64,000 bases of DNA from Balanoglossus misakiensis. Lineage: Eukaryota > Animalia > Hemichordata. Made by a program: the position numbers and the translations under genes. The notes beneath the pieces were generated by a model that made no database searches, was not told the DNA's origin, and saw nothing but the letters and a program-made list of their open reading frames with translations. The stretch is from assembly GCA_040954595.2 (NCBI GenBank), contig CM082585.2:9908564-9972563 (forward strand), written 5' to 3'. Shown here one piece after another: positions 1 through 12,426 of this stretch (the first letter of the stretch is position 1; each line of letters opens with the position of its first letter).

Positions 1-941
1 TCAACCAACCATTTATTTTTCACAATGCAAAGATTTGGGAACTGATTTTGTTTTATTCCTATCAAAAAAAAGTAAGTGCGTGCGCTCAAAGGTATTCACT
101 TTCAAGCATGTAAACAACACCCAGCAGTTATCCGTGACCTCAAACCAGGTAAACCACAGTTCAAGGTTTCTGCAACACTGCAATATTTTAGCGCCACTTA
201 ATCAAAGACTTAACCATAAAAAAGCACCCTCTTCCACTTTATTATGTCATGTTTACATTTCTGCAACCTGTGTTAAAAGTGTACTTTTCAAACAAGCCCA
301 GCCTACATGTACACAGGTGTGTGCGTAAGCCAGGGGGCAGTCAGCAGTCTTCAAACTTCAAAGCATCCAATCGAATCCCAAGAAAGTGTATCGCTGAATG
401 GTATGCGGACTTACCTTCACCTGTTCGCTGTCAATATTCAAATTCGTGTCCTTAAACCATGTCCTAATTAATTAAGTAACACTTACCATTGACAAAATCA
501 CGCACTCAACACTTATCGATTTTCTATCTTCACTCTGTTTCGTACACTTTCATATGTAAATTTTCGCGCATAATGTTTTTGCCTCGATCTGGATACCGGA
601 AGTCTCGTTTTCGGTTCCAGGGAAGCAGACGACATTTATTACATTTCACTGTTTACGACGACGTCTGGCGTTTTACTGAAACTTCTCAAAGGTAACGTTC
701 TTTTATCACGCCTTTCACACAAAATTGATAATCTTGATTGCTTTATTTAACTCAGGTAGAATGGTGGCAAACGTATTTTCGAAAATCACATATTTCAGAG
801 TCTCTCTAGTACCTCCATGGTAACATGAGCATAAACATAGCCACACTTGACAAACAGGTACATGTAACTGCATGTAACAAACGAACGTATTCATTTTACA
901 TCATCTTAATACAGAATATACTGTCTTGGTTCGTCGTTGAA

Positions 942-3469
942 ATGGATTCCCCATTTCGTTTGGAAGTCATTTTTGACACCATACAGGAATTACAGCAAGG
1001 TGGGTTGAAACTTGAGACTATTATGATACAAATTTGAAATACATGTAATGTGGATAAGTTAGTGCACATCACTGTTGAACATCTTTAGTACCCATTTCAG
1101 TTTTCACCAGGATGGGAAGTTTAATACTTGATCTGATCTCAGCATCCAAAAATATAAGACACACATAAAAATGAGGTAGCATATAAATAGCTACCACGCT
1201 AGCTCAAAAAGTATTCACATGATGATTCGTATAATAAATTGTTACATTTATAAATGCTGATCCGTTCATCTCTCCTCTTTTAACAGCAAAGGCACTGAAT
1301 GAAAAGAAACTGAATGAGATCAGAAACAACAGAAGAAGCTTGGAAAATAAACTTGATGCTGGTAAAACCCACAAGAGAGATTTTATCTTGAAAACATATA
1401 TTCTCTATGAATTCAACTGACTTTTATTTAAATTGAATTTTAACTGCCAGTTTTTTGGATAAATAAAATAATAAAGTATTGAATTTATTTTCAGTTTCAG
1501 CCAGACATGCTCAAGCCAGTGACACCAATAACAAAATGGTGGAAACTCTTAAAATTGCTCAACACAAAGTGTCTCAGACTAAAAGTCACATTGACAGGTA
1601 AGTCACAAAAAATAATGAATAACTGCAATATATAATGCTGTACATGAAGATTTGCTTTACTTTTGATATATTAAGAATTTTATTTTCCACTATGTTACAA
1701 AAGGCTTAACATGAAAAAGAGATGATGCCAAAACTATAATCATTCCACTGTAGATTAGTTTTAGCTTGAAAATTTTCCAGCTTGATTTGATGCTGAAAAT
1801 AGTTTACATTTTCTGTCAATTGCTAGTCAAGAAGAAGCCAACCAGATTATAGGTAGAAGAATTAAAACTTTGAATGAAAAGGTGCAAGAAGAAGAGGCGA
1901 AGCAGCAAAATGAAACGTGTGTATTAAATCATTTTTACTGGACTATTTTTTACAATCTTAATCACAACACTATTTCTGCAGAATGTTTGCTCTGAGGAAG
2001 TGTTAACTTATTTCTATATGAATGAACACTGACTAGCTTTTATGAGTGCAAAAGTGCATTTGTGTGACTCCTGCTGATAAAAACATGGTGTACACAAATA
2101 TTAATTGTACTAAAAACATTTTAGCAATGAACCAAAGGATTGTGACAACAAAAATTCAATTTATTTTCAATGTACAGGAACGCCTTTGAAGACAAACTCA
2201 CAGAACTGGCTTCAAGATTCATCAATGCAAAGGACTACTATGTAAGTAGTCTCATAAATCTTCTGTGCAGATCCCATTATCCTCAAAACTGTAAACAAGA
2301 TGAATAGTAGGAAGTACAGTGGTTAGATAGTCAAACCAGAAATTTACGAAGTTCTTGGATTATAGATTTATGGATGGAAAAATGTTCTTTTACTTTGTGG
2401 CAACTGTAATGATTTGGTTAAAAGAATAATGATTATTACATTATTGTATATTAACTTGAAGCTTCCAGACAGCCTCTCCAGTAACATCAATGAAATCACT
2501 GAGAAGCAAAGTCATCTCAAAGATCAAGGTAATACATTCATATTACAGGAATCCCAGTTGGCATTCATGGAATTTTGTTATTTGTTAGTACCTTCTCTGT
2601 CATTATAGCCTTGCATGCACATGGTAAAGTTTGAATTTATTCCAGATTGATTGATTTCTCTACTTAAAAATTATTCACATTATTCAGCTCAAGAAAATGA
2701 AGACGAATCACAGAAATTGTCTGAGCTGTTGCAGCAAATGAAGGTGGAAAGTGAGTCTGACAAGAAAGAAAATGAAATCTCATCTGAAATTCAAGTTGAA
2801 ACATAGTAAGTATGCGATTTCCCCTCTATATTTATAGTGAACTGAGTATTTGTTATTAAAACCATGTGTTTTGACATACATGGTCAGAAAATATCCCTTT
2901 TCAATGGTGAATTGTGCAGATTCAGACAACCATTTCCGATGATGTACATGTACACAAAACATTGACTACTTTATTTTGCTATTTGTTCATGCATTTCCAC
3001 AGCAACATGTTTGTAGAGTCGTATCAGCTGGCCTGCATAAAACTGAAAGAGCTTAAAGATGAAGAACAAAGGCTGACTGAAGAAACCAACAGGTAATTTA
3101 TGATTGCAAATTGCTAAGTGGACAGTAAGAAAAGTTCATTCTGACAAATAAAAACAAAAGTATTCAAAACTCTGCGTTATTGGTTGGGGGCACTATTCAA
3201 TTCTGCCAGGTTCCTTTGTTATTGCAGTATACATGTATGTACTTTGCAACCATCAACAAGCTATTTAATATGACTGCTTTAGATATCATTATTCGATGAC
3301 AAAATATTGTTTGATAGCATTCCCAGTATATACTTTTAACTACAAATATCAGCTAACTTTCTTTAATTCACACACTTCTTCTAGGCTGTCAGATTGGGTT
3401 TCACCAATGGAATCCCAAGCATCAGAAGAGCATGTTGGCCATCAGGAAGAGCTGGAAAATGAAGAGTGA
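942..3469 (+). CDS. SYCE1: Synaptonemal complex central element protein 1-like coiled-coil protein (9 coding exons, 249 aa)
   Basis: Exons 942-999, 1287-1361, 1495-1597, 1827-1916, 2178-2241, 2462-2528, 2688-2805, 3003-3092, 3385-3469 all have GT-AG ends and join in one open frame (750 nt). Product: MDSPFRLEVIFDTIQELQQAKALNEKKLNEIRNNRRSLENKLDAV...ETLKIAQHKV...IKTLNEKVQEEEAKQQNETNAFEDKLTELASRFINAKDYYLPDSL. This aligns by eye with the recalled mammalian SYCE1 core (PRVEVLINRINEVQQAKK...ETLRIL...[29 protein letters not shown]...DFHMPERL). AATAAA at 3666-3671. Gene structure is firm; the name is less certain. Confidence 0.75.
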
Positions 3470-4592
3470 TCGGCCCTACTGGTATGGTAAAACCTGTCCA
3501 TACTCAACCTTGGCACCCCAGTAAACCAGAAACCTGGTTATATACTAAACCACTACCAGTCTCTGCCTATGATAAACCAAATGTGTTATGAGCTAAAGTT
3601 TGCTCAATTCCTTATTATTATTTTTTTACTTTCTATTTTATTGTTTGTTATGAAAATTTCCTTTCAATAAATGTTTTGGTATGTTCATGCCAATATTACA
3701 AACAAGTATGTTCATTTCTTGCCATTTATTTTACTTTTTGACTTTGTCCGTCATTTTAACTTTATCTATCACACACATCCACTCACAAGCAAAGCATAGT
3801 ATAGTAGGGACATAATACACACTCCCATTATACCTTTGAAAGAAAACTTAGGCGTATAGAAGCCAGAATATAATTTTATTCACATTCAAAGAAATGTGGT
3901 TTTGTACATAGAATTACAATTCTTTTTACGGTACACAATTATAACAAAGCCATTAATTTTTTCTTTACAAATGTACAGTTGTCAGAAGTTTACAAAATAA
4001 GAGTTTGGTTCTGAGCAGCAAGAAATCACCTCATAAAAGTTATTCAGCGAGAAAATTGGTTAATAATTGAATGACTGGTATAAGGTAAGTTTTCAATCAA
4101 ATGGTTGTTGGTCCTTTACATAGCCTGACTCTTAATTGTGGTAAAATGATAGCAAGTCAATAATTTTTAAAAGCCATAAAATGCACTGACTGAGTTGAGA
4201 CAGCTTGTAAATGAAAATCCAAGACCACACGCTGTACACTGAATTGTCTCAATGAATGTATACTGTCATGTAGTATACATGTTAAAAACAAGCAGACAAC
4301 AGATTTCAAAAAACTGTCTGCACATAGCTGATTGGACGGACATGGATTATATTAAAAATAAAGTTAAAATAACAATCAAATACATGTAAATGTACAAAAA
4401 TCTTCTATATGCAGTGCAGAATTAAATTCTGCTATAGCCTATGGCATTCAGCAGTTCTACAATTATTTTCCATATCGTAATATAGAACAAGTCCTTATAT
4501 TTACATAAACATGTTAGACATCCAACTTTGTTTTCTCAACCATGAATACTTAATAGCTAGATGACAGAATTTGAAGTACTGCATCTGCTGGC

Positions 4593-7500
4593 TTAGTCGC
4601 CATACAGATGATCCATAAGCGCTTTGTAGTTTACAGTACTGGATGCTCGCTTCTGTTGCAGTAAGTGGTTGAACTCTCCCTGTCCTCCTGCCACAGAGTG
4701 ATCCCTCCAGTTGATCAGTTTGATGAAATCATAGTAATTAATCCGTCCCTTTTCGTCCTTCTCCATCCTATAATGATAATAATGATAATAGTAATATAAT
4801 AATAATGAAGATGATACAGTAAAACCTGTCTAAACCGAACCCTGTCTAATCTTGAGACCTGTCTATACCGAACACATTTTCCTGTCCCTTTGATATAGAA
4901 CCACATGTTACAAGAACCTCTGTAAACCGGACACAAACAATATCTTCAGTCCTTCTGGTGTTCGGTTGATACAGGTTTAGTGTAGTTATAAATATGTGAT
5001 ACAAATATAAGCAAAATCAAAGTCAATACCAGAGATCTATAGGCTACTACTGAAATACTTACTTAGAATGTATTTCATCCATGAGTTCGTCTGGGATAGG
5101 AACTTTCAGAGAGTGACAGACACTCTTCAGTTGTTCCGGATACAGCTGTCCTTTCCTGTCAATATCGCGATGGTAACACACTGTCTCGATCTTCCTGAAT
5201 TCATCAAAGTTGTCCCTCCTCATCACGTTGTGTGCTTCGGCCAGTAGAGTGTCCAGAGTGGTCTCCACTGCGTCGTCTATTTTGTAATGTCGCGCTACTG
5301 TCAGTATTTCATGGTCGGTCAGTTTGTCACCAGCCACTTTGACCAGTAGGCTCCTGAATAAATGAGAAATGTTTCATGAAATCATTTCATAAAATGTCCG
5401 TGTTTGATGGACTTTGACTTTAAATAATACATGTTTGATATTTTAACACTACACTTTGGTAAGGTAGTAGTGATTTTCTATTATTACACTGAGGTAAATG
5501 ATTTTTGTCTTGGCTTGGCATTCTTACAAAAATGTTCCACAAAGCTAATATACAAGATACTTAATATAGTTCAAAAACAGTACTGCTGACAGAAGCTTGC
5601 ATTTTTGAAAAACCTGAACTTTGTGTATCTCACCTGAACAACTCAAATGGCACTTGACCACTCTGCCTATAATCATATTTGGCAAAGAACTTCTTGATTT
5701 CATCCACATTCTTGTTTGCCACTGCCTTGGTCTTTTCCATCACGGTGTTGATGTTTGCCATTGGAAACTGGTGTAGGAATATAACATACACATTTTGTGA
5801 TGTAATATGCTGGGCAATTGTGCATGTTTCAAGTGTGGTGGGTGTACAAAACAAAGTTGAACTCAAGCTGATTAGTTTGTACATTATAGGGTCCAGTCCA
5901 TATAACCCTTTCACCACCATGGTTCAGTCCAAACCCATTGTTTTCTATGGTAAGGACAGACCTCTGAAGAGGGAACTGGGGGTGAAAGGGTTAATGAACA
6001 TTGAGGAAATCTCTCACCTCTTCATAGTTCTTCTCCATATAGTTTAATGTAAATTCATCAGCATCCATGAGGAAGAACTCATGGTAGTTGAACTGTACAT
6101 GGGCTCCAACATACAAGTCCTGTGCCGTGTAGTACTGAATTGGTTTTGTATTGAATTGATCCTGGTGTGGTTTCTTGATTCTGCTTCGCTCCAAAAATTT
6201 ACCTGTCACGATCCCTGGGAAGAAAAGAATGTTTAATAAGGATAAAAATCAGAGTTTAATACAAAAGAATCTGTCCAAATCAAAATGCTAAAACTAATAT
6301 TGTTTGATGTGGAAATATGTGAAGTTCCTGGTATTAAAAAACTGTGTCCTCCCTCTGTTTATAATGGAAATACTGCCACTTGGAAATAATGCCTTTTCTT
6401 TACAAATGGTTGGCGATTTAATTTACCCGAATTTCTGTTTGGAGGTTCAAAGACTGCTATGGTGTCATCACTCAGGAAGTAGGATATAATGAACCTTCTG
6501 TCAACGTGGTTAGGGTTGGTGGTCTCCATCCTGGCACTGAATCTGATCACATCCCTGTCTCTGGCCAGGAACTTGTGGAAATTCTTCTCCGGGCGCTTGA
6601 GGATCAGGGGACTTGGGTAGCAGTTGTTGAGAGAATCTTCCTCGGTGCCGAATCCGTTGTACGGAGGCAGGTTGTCCGATCTGAATTTAGATCTCTGTGG
6701 TGTGCCTGCTTTGACAGGTTTGAAATTAGCTGGAAAAGCAAACCACGAAAGCAAACTTGCCAGAAATAAGAACACACTACACAAGAGTTGTTAGCAACTA
6801 AACACAGTTAAAAGTTTCTCAAATCAAAACATCATTGTGTAAATGCAGACCTTTATACAAAGGTTTTGGTCATTTTAGATAGATAAAATTACAGTGAATC
6901 AGTTTTGATAAAACTTTGATTTTCTTATCATCACGTTTGAAGAAATATGAACCATGTTTTGAATTTGTTTTCAACTTCAATATCATAATACATATTTTTT
7001 TATTCATTTAGTAAAACTTTTTTTGAGTTGACCATAGACCCTAGAGAAAGAAGGACGCGCAACTCCAGATTTTTCTTGAAACGATGTTCCGTTTTGCATA
7101 CATTATTTCCGGATAATCCCCAATAATCCAATTTGCAAATAAACTATGTATAATCTAACGCAAACCTCAGAACATCTCGCAGAAGACGAGAATACTGCAA
7201 CGTGATTGAACTGCATAAGGTTGTGTGTTACACATTGATGTTCAAACTGTCACACTACAGAAAAAAAAGTTGTTTTTTCTCTACATTCAACACACTACTT
7301 CAAAGTGTTTGAGCACACTAAAAGCAACACTTTCAGAAATGTTAGCACACAGAAATCGAAACAAATTAGCTTCCTGTTTCCATGGAAACTGGTTGTTTAA
7401 AGTATTTTCAGATTTTAGTAAACATGGGAATTGAGAAATAATTAATGTCAGGAAGAATTCAAGAGATGTTCATTCATATTTCTTTACTTGTACTGAATTT

Positions 7501-10500
7501 ATCATACTGCCCAAACTATGTTAATAGCAAACCACACTTCAAACTAAACACGGCAGATATTGAGTGATGCCCATGCTAATGATACCATAATTGGACTACT
7601 TGTACACACAGTTACTCCATGATTGGACAGAAGGTTTTATTAAGCACTCACTGATTCCATATTTGGACTTGTAATGTTCTTTGGTGAAGTCGTCGCAGTC
7701 ATACAGGTAGAACTTGCGCCCCCACACGTTGACAGTCTTTCCGATCATGATGTCACAGTCCCTGTAATGGTCATGGTAGTTCGGACCAGGCTTTGAAAGA
7801 AAAGAAAAAATGAAAAGAATTCTTCATAACACAGTTACGACTGAGAAAAGTTGGTTTTCGTTCACGGGGAAAGTTCAAGGATGCTGCATTTATGATTCTT
7901 GCTTTACTTGGCGTGACAAAAGTGAATGACCGCACGTGTACCATTTTGTACTACCAGCGTAGCATAGCACTGAGTCCAAATATGTACAGCTGTATATATA
8001 CTTACATGTGAATTATCCAACAGTAGTCTTTGCTGTCGTCCGCTTCCTAACACGTTGAGTACAAGAGGCGCGTTTTTGTCGCCTAGCCTTGGTAAGAAAT
8101 GGTCTCCCTTCGGTCTCGGAACACGGGAGCGATGAAGGAATGTTCTGCCCATCAATTCCCGGCCAGAATTCGGAGGAAGAACTTCTCGAACTTCTATGCT
8201 ATCGTCAGCCAGGTAGAATAGCAAGACCATGTCCCGTTTATCGCCATAGAGCGCGTCTCTGTCGTCCCAGTAACAGTTGAAGCGAAGCACTTGACGATCG
8301 TACTCCAGAAACTGTTTCAGAGTATCCGAACTATGGTAAGGGCGACGGGAATGGAAAGAGTCTAACTCCTATTGCGAAAAAAACGTATAAAAGAATCGTT
8401 ACATGTGTTACACAATCGTTTGGACACGTTTAACGTTTTTTAATGAATAAGAATGACTTCTGACTGTTTTTCGTATTTCATGTACGCCCCCACCCCCGTG
8501 CAATTCACATCACGTCAACTTCACCTCTCACGCCTTTTACTAATACACTTTTATCAACATCGAACCATACAAGATTTGTTTTTTTGCATATAAAACAGGC
8601 CACTGTTGTTAAAACAGAAAGGTGGCACAGTTTTCCTTCAAAGGTTTTTTTCTTCCACCCTTTTTTAACTTTTAAAAACTTCAAAAACAGCCAAACCCAT
8701 GCAGGTTCGTGTTTTGTTGTCGCAGTAGCAACATGGCAACTCTGGTTGTCGGGTAACCAACCCGACATTCCGGCACTTACCACGTCTCTGCGCTTCTGAT
8801 AGGGGTCATCTGGCGACCCTTGCGGGGTGTTCAGTTTCCTATCCATGTCTGCGTAAAACTGCTCCGTGAACTTGTCGCAGCCCGTGATGCGGAACGTCCT
8901 GTCGAAGAATTTGACGTCCTCCCCGATGTTGAAGTCGTCGGCCGTGTAATATTCATTCTCGTTCGGGGGAGGTTTTCTGATTCGATGTTTGCTCAGGAAT
9001 CGCCCTGTAGCAGAGAAACCGAGAGATTTAGAGATTGCCTTCAGTTCAACGTGTCATATATGTATTTGGAAAAAGATCAGAAGGATTTGATCGTACAGGT
9101 GTACGTATTCATATTTATTACATGCATTCTAATATCGTGCAAACCTCCATTTCAAATTATTTTTGTCGAATTCTATACACAGTTTTAGATTACAAGCAGC
9201 GTATACAACGTTTAATTAACGCCATAAATTTTGTCGATATCAAAGTTTTAAAAAGGCAAAAAACAACTTCGGTTTATGGGGAATAAATTAAATATGTAAA
9301 AAAGTAAAATTATTAATTATTCTAAAAAAGTAATTGTCTTAATATACCTTGCATCATACCGCTATTCCGCGTCTCAGGCTCGACAACTTGAATTGTATCA
9401 TCCGCCAAGAAAAACTTTATCTTACATTTTCTTATTTTGTATTGCTCGGTTGCCATGAAAACGGGCTCTTTGAAGTAAGCATCGAAGACCAAAATCTTCT
9501 TGTCGTAAGCGACCCATTGTGGGACAGACCTGTCAACGCCGCGGGGAAGCTGGCTGTGGCGAGATCGTGGTTTTTGTCCCAGAAGTTGTTGTCCGCCAAT
9601 GCCGGGCTTGCGTGTTCCTACCCATTGCGGCACACCGTGCGTGTAGTCGAAGTGTTGAGATTTTCGGTAATTTTCTCGAGCGATCTGTTCTTACAGAAAG
9701 AAAATAAAAAACACACAACATGTTAATAATTCTCGAATCCAGAAAGTGGAACCAGGTATAAGTTCGCGAATAGACTGAAAAGTCCGTTTCGGCGTTACCA
9801 ATAGCAACGTTGACTGAAACACACTCGACTCTGGTGTTACACGGAGAAGTCGCGCCGATCACAACATTTATACTTGTCAGAGAAAGAAGAAACGCTTTGT
9901 CTAAATTCCACCAGTGAAATCACGTCGAAGGCTTTCAAGTCTTGAAAAGTGGAAATTTAGTGGCCTCAACTTCTTACCCGCGCCATTCTGGTTCAACACC
10001 AAACCTCTTCCCCGCCGCCCAGAAGACTCGGTCTCGTTCCAAAGTCTACATGCGCGACAACTCAGCTTTAATTATGCGCCAGTTTGTTCTTTAATTCCCG
10101 CAAAATGAAATTTCAATAAGATCTTTTCTTGGTAGGATGAACATTGCAAATATCTCCCGAAGCGACGGGGCGTTTAGCGCAGTCACGTGTAGACTCCTGA
10201 GTGATGATTGGTTGATTATTAAAGATTGTAATATATTATTTCAGCCTGCTTATTGGGCCTATACCAGGAGTGGACTGTACCTACCAGGGGTAAAAAAAAA
10301 CTTCGCACGGATTTGCAATTTGGCATGTTTACACTGCTTTTTGAAAGTGACACTGCTCGGTTTAATATACGAATACTAGTATTTGATTATTGCACCATAT
10401 TCCACTTCCCCGCCCGCTCGGGCCAGTTATTGTTTACAAGTAACGGTTAACGCCTGCAAACTTCGATTTACATGTTTGGCATGTTTCAGTTGTTTTGGTG

Positions 10501-12426
10501 TATAGCGTTACAGTCACCATATGTATAGGCTAGGCCTGGTGAGTTTGCTCAAGCATGCCGGTTACACAATTATTTCGGGTTGCCGGGGTACTCGCCCCAA
10601 ATAGTCGGTCGACCAAAAGTCACCGCGAAACAATCGGTCATCGCGATCACGAGTTTACTCTGTCGATTTGTAGGAAATCGAGTGGCCGGCGATTTTTTGG
10701 TCCCGTTAGGCCTACCCGTTAACGTTGTTGTAGTAGGCCTAGGCCTAAACTATCTTCTTCTGTATTAGGGTCCCCTACATGTAACGTAAAAACACGGTCC
10801 GGTCACGCTAATGAACACCAAGAAAATTGTCTGTCGTTTTATTATACACAGCAAATAATATATCTGGTTAGGTTACTAACGACACCGAGTCGATGAATTG
10901 CAAACTCTTTCAGCACCAGGGCAGTACACCTGGTTGTCGCCATGACAACCAAGATGGCGTCGTCCTATTTACACGCAAGCAAGAGCTACTAGCTGGCACT
11001 CACACTATAGTTTCTGACGGGCGATCACATGATTACCTGCAGTCTGTGTGTGTGTTGTCGAGTAATTGAACGGAGCGTTTTAATGGGGGTAATTTAAATG
11101 TCATTTTATTTTGCCAGGTAATCAGAAATATGCCTAGGTCAGGCTGTAGAAGCTTCATGGCCCCAAAAGTTCACATAGGCCTGGTAACTATCTCTGCCTG
11201 CGGTGACAGCACTAAGACACCGTTCAAAATTGCCCCAATTTTAGGTCGAAATGTAATTGCGCACATAATCTAAAGATATTAGATAATTAGGTTTATTTCC
11301 CACTTCGTAGAGTGACTGTATTTCTCATTGTTCAAATCTTCGTGTAGCTGGTATGAAAGTGTTCTGCTTGTTTGTTTGGTGGAATCGATCAGTGAACTGT
11401 TGAACTCGAGGTGACTACGTCACTGCGCTGTGGTCGCCATGGGAACTTATGATGTCGCACTGTAGTTAGCGCAGTGAAAGGCTTTTAACGGAATGGAATT
11501 GGAAACGGAAAACACGGGTATATGCGAATTTATTATTGATTACCGTGTCCTTATTTGGGAGAAATAAACTTTTCTTTTTGCGTGAAATCAAGGATCGTGA
11601 CAAAACATAAACTGCACTCGATCCAAGTCTAAATATTGAAATAGCTGTAAAGGTGTAATTTGACTAAGGAAAAACGTTCTCCGTGAAATCGCGACTGATC
11701 AAGCACATCTATTGCCGAGAGAGCGGGTGTAAAGGTCAGTCCGCTGGGGAAACCTGAACGGTTTCACACAATGTGTTCATTTCACAAGCACTCTTGTCGA
11801 TTTCATGTCTGCTTTCAAGCTATTTACGCGTCGGCTTGAAAAGAACTAGCAAATAACTGTCGAAGGAGAAACAATAAAGACGACCCTTATGTCACAATGT
11901 ACCGAGCGCAAATGTACACAGGCCGTGGACTGTGAAAAAAAAACTTCCAGAGTGCGTGACATTCGGTGCATGGATACGGTCGCGACTCTGTCACCCACAC
12001 GGACTAAAATCGGCGCAAACATGGAGACTTTTGACAGGGTGTTTTATAACTTCACGGTTGGCCAAATAGAAGATACAGGATTTAAAATTCTTGACGAAAA
12101 AGAGCCTGACAACAGTAAACATAATGAAAATGGGAGAAAATAATCCAAGCTTGTCTTTTTCATTACTTTACATAGGCTTAAGACAGTAAATATAGTTTAT
12201 ATTCCAGTTCTTATTCGCTACAGAGACAGTGGAACGGGAATATATGTTTCAGGGTCGGAACAACGGAAAAATCTCATTAGTTCGAATGTTTCAAGCAATA
12301 TAGACATGTCTTAAATTTACTTACGTTGCGGGAATTCAGAGGATGGTGGTAACCAGGTAGGAAAGGCAGAGATTGGCTGAGATCGGGTTCGCTGTCATCG
12401 TCGACGTCGTCTATTTTTGTCGGCAT
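4593..12426 (-). CDS. EFHC2: EF-hand domain-containing family member C2-like, divergent tandem paralogue (copy B; DM10 domains plus C-terminal EF-hands; 10 coding exons, 754 aa)
   Basis: Exons (5'->3'): 12426-12325, 9684-9348, 9004-8781, 8368-8006, 7790-7652, 6729-6427, 6214-6018, 5767-5634, 5353-5063, 4767-4593; open frame of 2265 nt. Motifs SLPFLPG, KSQHFDY, KPGIGGQQLLGQK, DM10 signatures (FFLADDTIQVVEP, FYLADDSIEVRE, YFLSDDTIAVFEPP). Five internal exon lengths (224, 139, 197, 134, 291) are identical to copy A. Confidence 0.88.
4815..4984. mobile_element. Tc1/mariner-pogo-type MITE in the last intron of EFHC2 copy B
   Basis: Imperfect terminal inverted repeats TA-CAGTAAAACCTGTCTAAACCGAAC ... 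GTTCGGTTGATACAGGTTTAGTG-TA, flanked by TA; no coding capacity. Confidence 0.75.
5902..5994. mobile_element. piggyBac-type MITE, about 90 bp
   Basis: (A)TAA-CCCTTTCACC ... GGTGAAAGGG-TTAA termini. The internal CCATGGTTCAGTCCAAACCCATT recurs at about 44266-44302 and 60453-60543 (inverted), and degenerately near 16850-16905 and 51541-51630. Confidence 0.75.
10936..10960. promoter_or_regulatory. RFX X-box next to a YY1-type motif in intron 1 of EFHC2 copy B
   Basis: GTCGCCATGACAAC followed by CAAGATGGCG in a CpG-rich stretch; a second X-box, GTCGCCATGGGAAC, at 11433-11446. Confidence 0.45.

Noticed and set aside
1219-1260. C-box/D-box pair (ATGATGA...CTGA) in SYCE1-like intron 1
   Set aside because: Too short, with no terminal stem and no recognisable rRNA complement.
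4593-12426. Copy B as EFHC1 or as a pseudogene
   Set aside because: Its exon lengths and N-terminal motifs match the adjacent EFHC2, and the 2265-nt frame is uninterrupted with canonical splice sites.
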